A DNA stretch of 64,000 nt, taken from positions 32,001-96,000 of the forward strand of contig JBBRPR010000007.1 in NCBI GenBank assembly GCA_038227875.1, written 5' to 3'. The notes under the pieces are model-generated. The model was not told where the DNA came from. It searched no databases and saw only the letters and a list, made by a program, of their open reading frames with translations. The DNA comes from Planctomycetota bacterium. GTDB lineage: Bacteria; Planctomycetota; SZUA-567; H5-PLA8. Below are positions 58,171-64,000 of the stretch, piece after piece (position 1 is the stretch's first letter; every line of letters starts with the position of its first letter). Position numbers and translations under genes: made by a program.

Positions 58171-58857
58171 CTACTTCGCCGGCTCCGGAGACGTGTCTGA
58201 ATCCAACCTGGGCGTCGGCGGCGCGGCGGCGCGTGCTTTCTCGCGAATCGCGTTGCGTTCGGAGCGGATCTTCACGGCGGCATAGATGGTTCCGGCGATG
58301 CCGCCGAGATAGATCCCGATCGTCACGCCCCAGATCGCCAGAAAGCGCTGCAGCTTCTCCGGCTCCTTGGAAATCAACGGCGCCAGCTTCGATCCGAAAC
58401 GCAGCGGATCGAAGAGCACTGAGATGATCGCCGTGAACGGCGAACAGAGGACACCAAAAACGATCGGCACGAACGCGAGCACAAACAACCGCTTCCACGG
58501 CAGCGGTGCGAGGCCGGGTTTCGGATTGTTCGCGGCGACTAGCGCGCCGCCGCAGACCACGCCGATGGGAAAACCGATCTGCAAGGACTTGATCGCGACG
58601 GCCATGCGGAACGTTTCGTCTTCGGGGGCGTCCTGCATGTAGTAGAAAAACTCGTGTGAGATCGATCCGGTGATGGCGTTGGCGATCAGCAGGTAGACCA
58701 TCCCGATTCCGCCGATGGCCAGGATGAATAGGTATTCCTTCCAGCGCCGCGACTGCGAGCCGTTCTTACGCCAATCGTAATGGACCATGATCAGCATAAA
58801 GAAGATCAGCCACGCGATGCGCCAGGAGTAAGAGAGATCGAGAATGCGGTCTATCAT
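58171..58857 (-). CDS. Hypothetical membrane protein
   Basis: About 5 hydrophobic segments. Confidence 0.8.
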   Translation of the reverse strand: MIDRILDLSYSWRIAWLIFFMLIMVHYDWRKNGSQSRRWKEYLFILAIGGIGMVYLLIANAITGSISHEFFYYMQDAPEDETFRMAVAIKSLQIGFPIGVVCGGALVAANNPKPGLAPLPWKRLFVLAFVPIVFGVLCSPFTAIISVLFDPLRFGSKLAPLISKEPEKLQRFLAIWGVTIGIYLGGIAGTIYAAVKIRSERNAIREKARAAAPPTPRLDSDTSPEPAK

Positions 58858-58886
58858 GCCAACCCTTCACAGGTACGAACGAATGG

Positions 58887-59699
58887 TCAGCCCTTCTCGA
58901 GGAATTTCTGGATCGCCGGCAGCGGGCGTTCGTCGAAAATGTATTCTGGCGTGCCTTGCGCCGCGACGAATCCGCCGTCCATGAAGACCGTGCGGTCGGC
59001 GATGTCGCGGGCGAAGTCCATGTCGTGAGTGACCAGCATCATGGTCATGCCTTCGGCAGCCAGATCGCGGATGACCTTGAAGACTTCCTTGGTCAACACG
59101 GGGTCGAGCGCCGAGGTAGCTTCGTCGAAGAGCATCACGTCGGGGCTCATCGCCAGAGCTCGCGCGATCGCGACGCGCTGCTGCTGGCCGCCGGAGAGCG
59201 TGCCGGGATCGCAGGGATGCTTCTCCCACAATCCGACCTTGCGCTGCATTTTCTCGGCGATGGCGTGGCACTCGTCGCTCGGTTTTTTCAGCACATACCG
59301 CGGACCGCTCATGACGTTCTGAATCACACTGAGATGCGGAAAGAGATTGAAGCGCTGAAAGACCATGCCGACATGCTGCCGCAGAAACTGTGCCTGGGCC
59401 TGCTCGGCACTGGTGGCGTGATGGCCTTCGGGCTTGCCGCTGCTGACGATTTCGCCGTTCAGCAGCACGCGGCCTTCCTGGTACTGTTCGAGCAGATTGA
59501 GGCAGCGGAGAAACGTCGATTTGCCGCAACCGTTGGGGCCGAGAATCGTGACGACTTCGGCGCGCTTGACGGCCAGATCAATGCCTTTCAGCACGTGCTT
59601 GGGGCCGAAGCTTTTCTTGATGCCTTGAGCTTCAAGAATGATGCCGTTTCCGGAACCGGAAACGGCTGCTGCGGGAGCGTTCTGCGTGGCCATGTTCAT
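58887..59699 (-). CDS. Polar amino acid ABC transporter ATP-binding protein (GlnQ-like)
   Basis: GPNGCGKST, VFQRFNLFPH, LSGGQQQR, FDEATSALDP and VTHDM motifs. Confidence 0.93.
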   Translation of the reverse strand: MNMATQNAPAAAVSGSGNGIILEAQGIKKSFGPKHVLKGIDLAVKRAEVVTILGPNGCGKSTFLRCLNLLEQYQEGRVLLNGEIVSSGKPEGHHATSAEQAQAQFLRQHVGMVFQRFNLFPHLSVIQNVMSGPRYVLKKPSDECHAIAEKMQRKVGLWEKHPCDPGTLSGGQQQRVAIARALAMSPDVMLFDEATSALDPVLTKEVFKVIRDLAAEGMTMMLVTHDMDFARDIADRTVFMDGGFVAAQGTPEYIFDERPLPAIQKFLEKG

Positions 59700-59746
59700 A
59701 TGTGTGATGAGAGTTTAGCAGGCGGACGCATTTGCGTGCAAGGAAT

Positions 59747-59825
59747 TTGCAGGCGGGACGCCTGCACCACAATTTGCGCCTGCGGCGCTGCTGCATGAAT
59801 TGTGGTGCAGGCGTCCCGCCTGCAA
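59747..59825. repeat. Inverted REP doublet (REPIN-like)
   Basis: Reverse copy 59747-59774 and forward copy 59798-59825 of the same 28-mer seen at 9064 and 10266. Confidence 0.85.
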
Positions 59826-59829
59826 AACG

Positions 59830-59867
59830 GTGGAACCCTTAGTAGCCATGGCTACTAAGGGTTCCAC
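59830..59867. repeat. Perfect 38-bp spacerless palindrome
   Basis: GTGGAACCCTTAGTAGCCA|TGGCTACTAAGGGTTCCAC. Confidence 0.9.
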
Positions 59868-59965
59868 ACCTAGCACAGTGTGGTAATCCGATGCACCTTG
59901 ACAGGTCTCACCTAATCGGGGACATTTGAGAGGTTCATTCTACGCGTAAACCAACTGGAGTTGCG

Positions 59966-61087
59966 ATGGCCGACAAGCCCGTGCTGCTCGTGGTTCAGCA
60001 AGTCACCAGCTGCGCGCTGCTGCGGCCGGGTGATCGTTGGATGTTCGTGGGCAAAGAGGTCTCCAAACCCGGCGGCGGGAAATTCTGCGGGCCGGGGTTG
60101 TGCTCGGTCTATTCGAAATTGCAGGACATCATCAAAAATTCCGTCGACGGCAAGTTGCCCGACGACTATCTGCTCTGCGACGCACCCGGCTGCGACGCGG
60201 CCTTTCGCATGGAGTTCAGCGAGTCGGCGCCTGATCCCACGGGGGCTCAGCCCGTTCCCGCCGATGGCATCCGTGCGGCAAGCACCACCCGGCGGCTCGA
60301 CCGCCCCCTGTCCTCCGCAACGACAATCGCGAAAAAGGCCGGACCGTTTCTCTCGCGCCTTCCCAAAGAACTGGCGGCGGAGCTGGTCACGTCCTGCAAA
60401 GCGATTCGCTACGAAGATCAGCAAGTCATTCTGATGCAAGGCATCGCCGGCGAGCACCTTTATATTGTCGCGGAAGGCAAGGTCGACGTCGTCCGCTACT
60501 CCAACGAACGCGAAGAGACGATCCTGGTGACGCTGCATTCCGGCGACTGCTTCGGCGAAATGTCGATCCTGACGGGCGAACTGACCTCCGCGGAAGTGCG
60601 CTCGAACGGCAATTCGACGGTCTTCACGCTCCACCGCGACAAGCTCGAAACACTGCTGATGAAGCGGCCGGCGCTCTCGCGGGAATTTTCGAAACTTCTT
60701 GCCGATCGCCTGAAAGCAACCAACGTCTCGCTCGAAAGCGAACTCAGCCGCGGCATCCTCGGCAAGCTTTCGATGATTTCGCTGGTCGACCTGGTTCAGA
60801 CGCTCCACCAGAGCCGCCGGACGGGGACGCTGATTCTGAATTACTCCGGCGAACGCGCGACCATCGGCTTCACCAATGGAGCAATGATGACGGCGACCGC
60901 CGGCGACGTGCTGGGCGAGGAGGCGTTTTTCCGCATCGTCTGCTGGCCGGACGGCGATTTCTGTTTCGAACAGAAGGAGCCGTCGCCGTCGGATCCAGGG
61001 CAGGTGCACACGGATATGATGGGTTTAATGATGGAAGGCATGCGACGTTTGGACGAAATGAAAACGCGGCCGGGGATGATGCGGTAA
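59966..61087 (+). CDS. Cys-rich N-terminal domain + cyclic-nucleotide-binding domain + DUF4388 (PatA-N-like)
   Basis: cNMP: QGIAGEHLYIVAEGKV, GDCFGEMSIL, SAEVR. DUF4388: GKLSMISLVDLVQTL..RRTGTL, GEEAF..W.DGDF.F, LMMEGMRRLDE. Confidence 0.88.
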   Translation: MADKPVLLVVQQVTSCALLRPGDRWMFVGKEVSKPGGGKFCGPGLCSVYSKLQDIIKNSVDGKLPDDYLLCDAPGCDAAFRMEFSESAPDPTGAQPVPADGIRAASTTRRLDRPLSSATTIAKKAGPFLSRLPKELAAELVTSCKAIRYEDQQVILMQGIAGEHLYIVAEGKVDVVRYSNEREETILVTLHSGDCFGEMSILTGELTSAEVRSNGNSTVFTLHRDKLETLLMKRPALSREFSKLLADRLKATNVSLESELSRGILGKLSMISLVDLVQTLHQSRRTGTLILNYSGERATIGFTNGAMMTATAGDVLGEEAFFRIVCWPDGDFCFEQKEPSPSDPGQVHTDMMGLMMEGMRRLDEMKTRPGMMR

Positions 61088-61195
61088 ATTCTACAAGAGC
61101 GGTGAAACAGACGCCCATTTTGTGCGTCATTCACAGTGACTGTTGACCGGATCGGAAGTTGAAGTTTACAGACACCTTTCACGGAGAGTCCGGCC

Positions 61196-63097
61196 ATTCA
61201 GAATTCATCGTTCACCGATAAGTGTACGCGGAAGTTTCTGGACGAGCACTACGACGTCTGCGCGGTCCATACCTTTAACAAGCGGCAGGGAGTCTTCTAC
61301 GTCCTCTGCATCTTCGCGCTGCTGTTGTGCTTCATCCGCGACTACAAATTCACGTACACGGTGCTGACGTTCGTGCTCTGCGGCATGTACGGAACGGTGA
61401 TCTTCGCGCGGCTGTTCTCTGTCTTGCTGGGTCTGCTGCGCTCGAGCGAGCACCGCGTCTCCTCCACCGAAACGCACGCGGTTCCTGATGCCGATCTGCC
61501 GGTCTACACGGTGCTGGTTCCGATGTACAAGGAGCCGGAAGTCGCACAGAAAATCGCGCGGACGGTGACGTCGCTCGATTATCCGCTCGATAAGCTCGAC
61601 GTAAAACTGCTGCTGGAAGAAGACGACGCTCCGACCCGGGCGAAGATCGACGAAGTCATCGATACGCTGCCGCGCTGCGTGGAAGTGGTGATCGCGCCCA
61701 AAGTGCCGAAGACCGAACCACGCACGAAGCCCCGCGCCTGCAATTGGGGCTTGGAACGTGCGCGCGGCGAACTACTGGTTGTCTATGATGCCGAAGACCA
61801 GCCCGAACCCGATCAACTCCGCAAGGCCGCCGCGGTCTTCCGGCAACTGACGGCGCAGGGCAAAGCGCACGTGATCTGCCTGCAGGCGAAGCTCAATTAT
61901 TTCAACGCGCGCCAGAATTATCTGACGCGCTTCTTCACGCTTGAATACACGAATTGGTTCGATCTGTTTCTGCCCGGTCTGCATGCGATCCGCACGCCGA
62001 TTCCATTGGGCGGAACCTCGAATCACTTCCGCACGGCTCCGCTGAAAGCGCTGGGCGGTTGGGATCCGTTCAACGTGACGGAAGACTGCGACCTTGGCAT
62101 GCGCATGGCCCGCAAAGGCTTCGCCACCGAAGTGCTCGATTCCACGACGTGGGAAGAAGCCAACAGCCAGTTCATGAACTGGATCAAGCAGCGCAGCCGT
62201 TGGATCAAGGGGTATTTCCAGACGCATCTGGTCCACACCCGCGAAGCGTGGGTACCGATGGCGATCATGGCGTTTGTGTTTGCAATTCTCTGCAAGATCT
62301 GCGCTCAGAATCTGGCCGATGGCGTCCCGGAATCGATCGCCGGGATCGTCAAGTTCATCACGATTCTTTGTGGTGCCGGCGCGGCGACCGCGGGCGTTTG
62401 CGCGCTGTACACGCTGGCGCGGCGCGTGCGCGACATGGCCGGACGCGGTTCCAAGGAAGGGCATCTCGGACCGTGGCAGGCGTTGAGTTTCCGCTTCACC
62501 GTCGGCGGTCTATCCGTGATGCTGTTACTGAATCTGTTCTTCTGGGTGCTGACGGTGCTCTACCTGTTCCACGTCCCGATCTCCAACCACCTCCCGCACT
62601 TCATCGCCGACATCAAAGTCGAGAACACCCGCTTTGCCGACGCGCTCCACGACTGGCAACTGTACTACACGAACGTGATCGACGAACGCTACGCCGGATC
62701 GACGCTGTGGAACACGTTCACCGATCTGGTCAGCCGCAAAGACGCGACGTGGAAGGAAGCGAGCGAACGCATCGCCAACATCGACGCGTGGTCGCTGACC
62801 TCGCAGCTCATCTATCCCGTGGCGATCATGCTCTTCATCGCCAACGGCGTATTCGTGCTGTTGGGATTGCTCTCGTGCCAGAAGCGCGGCTTGTGGGACC
62901 TGCTGCCGTTCGCGCTGATCGTCCCGATCTACTGGGTTTTCATCTCGATGGCCGCGTGGAAGGGCTTCTACCAATTGTTCACGAACCCGTGGTACTGGGA
63001 GAAGACTGTGCACGGGCTCGACACGTCGGCGAAACCGCCGCCGCCGCCGGTTCAGCCTCCGCCACCGCCGCCGTTGGAGACGGCGACGCCGATTTGA
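61196..63097 (+). CDS. Membrane glycosyltransferase family 2 (processive type); start uncertain (ATT 61196, CTG 61238 or TTG 61325)
   Basis: VLVPMYKE, TKPRACN, YDAED, GGTSNHF, VTEDCDLG, QRSRW and WEKTVHG. The frame is open from 61163. Confidence 0.88.
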   Translation: MQNSSFTDKCTRKFLDEHYDVCAVHTFNKRQGVFYVLCIFALLLCFIRDYKFTYTVLTFVLCGMYGTVIFARLFSVLLGLLRSSEHRVSSTETHAVPDADLPVYTVLVPMYKEPEVAQKIARTVTSLDYPLDKLDVKLLLEEDDAPTRAKIDEVIDTLPRCVEVVIAPKVPKTEPRTKPRACNWGLERARGELLVVYDAEDQPEPDQLRKAAAVFRQLTAQGKAHVICLQAKLNYFNARQNYLTRFFTLEYTNWFDLFLPGLHAIRTPIPLGGTSNHFRTAPLKALGGWDPFNVTEDCDLGMRMARKGFATEVLDSTTWEEANSQFMNWIKQRSRWIKGYFQTHLVHTREAWVPMAIMAFVFAILCKICAQNLADGVPESIAGIVKFITILCGAGAATAGVCALYTLARRVRDMAGRGSKEGHLGPWQALSFRFTVGGLSVMLLLNLFFWVLTVLYLFHVPISNHLPHFIADIKVENTRFADALHDWQLYYTNVIDERYAGSTLWNTFTDLVSRKDATWKEASERIANIDAWSLTSQLIYPVAIMLFIANGVFVLLGLLSCQKRGLWDLLPFALIVPIYWVFISMAAWKGFYQLFTNPWYWEKTVHGLDTSAKPPPPPVQPPPPPPLETATPI

Positions 63098-63112
63098 CGC
63101 GGTGCTAGCGCT

Positions 63113-64000
63113 TCACCGCCGCGCCATCCACGCCTTCTTCACCGCGTCTTCAGGAACGTCGGTGACGATGCGCGACTTGCCGATCTTGTCGGCGAGGATG
63201 AAGCGTAGTTTCCCCGCGGCGGCCTTTTTGTCTTTGAACATCGCCGCGTAGAGCGTGTTCGTGTCGGGGTCGCCGGGCTGCAGCTTCGTCGGGAGGTTGG
63301 CCTTCTCGATCAGCGCGATCACGCGGTCGCGGTCGGCGCGCGTCAGGAGTTGCTGCTCGACGGAAAGCTCGCAGGCCATCGCCATGCCGATCGCCACGGC
63401 CTCGCCGTGCAGGTAGCCCTGGTAATTCGTCGCGGATTCCACGGCGTGACCGAAGGTGTGTCCGAAGTTCAGCAACGCGCGCGGACCACTGCCGGTTTCG
63501 CGTTCGTCGGCGGCGACGATCCGCGCCTTGATCGCGGCGGAACGTTCGATCACGTGAGCCAGCGCTTCGCCGTCCTTCGCTAGAAGCTTCTCGATGTTCT
63601 GCTCGATGAACGCAAAGAGTTCCGCATCGTCGATCACGCCGTACTTGATCACTTCAGCCAGGCCGGATTTCAATTCGCGGTCGGGAAGCGTGGCGAGCGT
63701 TTCCGGATCGATCAAGACAGTGCGCGGCTGCAGGAACGCGCCGATGGCGTTCTTGGCTTTCGGATGATCGACGCCGGTCTTTCCACCGATGGAAGCATCG
63801 ACCATTGCCAACAGCGTGGTCGGAACCTGAACGAACTGGATGCCGCGGTAAAACGTCGCCGCGACGAAACCGGTGAGATCGCCGATCGCGCCGCCGCCGA
63901 GCGCAATCAAGCAACTGTCGCGATCGAGGCCGGCTTCCAGGCAAACGTCGTAAAGACTTTTCGCGACGTCCAGCGTTTTCACGCCTTCGCCGGGGGGCAA
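63113..64000 (-). CDS. aroB: 3-dehydroquinate synthase (5'-truncated at window end)
   Basis: GGGAIGDLTGF, PTTLLAMVDASIGGKTG, LNFGHTFGHA, HGEAV and DKK motifs. Confidence 0.96.
   Translation of the reverse strand: MPPGEGVKTLDVAKSLYDVCLEAGLDRDSCLIALGGGAIGDLTGFVAATFYRGIQFVQVPTTLLAMVDASIGGKTGVDHPKAKNAIGAFLQPRTVLIDPETLATLPDRELKSGLAEVIKYGVIDDAELFAFIEQNIEKLLAKDGEALAHVIERSAAIKARIVAADERETGSGPRALLNFGHTFGHAVESATNYQGYLHGEAVAIGMAMACELSVEQQLLTRADRDRVIALIEKANLPTKLQPGDPDTNTLYAAMFKDKKAAAGKLRFILADKIGKSRIVTDVPEDAVKKAWMARR

Noticed and set aside
63037..63071. CCG-rich repeat at the end of the GT2 gene
   Set aside because: It simply encodes a poly-proline tail.

Overview
High-GC bacterial chromosome segment. 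It is probably Planctomycetota (inferred from the very long Ser/Thr kinase and the pilin-like protein type). Left part: a GntR/FadR-regulated catabolic operon (SDR, D-2-hydroxyacid dehydrogenase, Ldh-2, a fused E1alpha-E1beta-lipoyl protein and a lipoyl-less E2), then housekeeping and accessory genes (dienelactone hydrolase, arfB, GTPase, MFS, Ser/Thr kinase, ferredoxin, def, Lrp, PMI, a pilin-like gene with a sigma54-type promoter, PMM, GH99-like, YyaL-like, xerC). Centre (28502-41539): a ~13.0 kb integrated element bounded by a 40-bp direct repeat that is the 5' half of tRNA-Thr(TGT). It carries a frameshifted tyrosine integrase, HTH regulators, a split primase / PriCT-2-helicase with iteron-like repeats, a lone Phd-like protein, and portal, small terminase and large terminase genes. 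No capsid, tail or lysis gene is recognisable, so it is a candidate new type of phage satellite (or a heavily reduced prophage). Right part: a kelch-type propeller protein, a P1B-4 ATPase, cobA-hemD, purF-purM, MBL hydrolase, tatD, PfkB kinase, yraN, C45 peptidase, amidohydrolase, an orphan ABC ATPase, a Cys-rich/cNMP/DUF4388 protein, a GT2 with an apparent non-canonical start, and partial aroB. Several REP-like and heptamer-based inverted-repeat elements and perfect palindromes lie between genes. No CRISPR array or rRNA was seen. All family assignments come from recognising motifs by eye, not from database searches.
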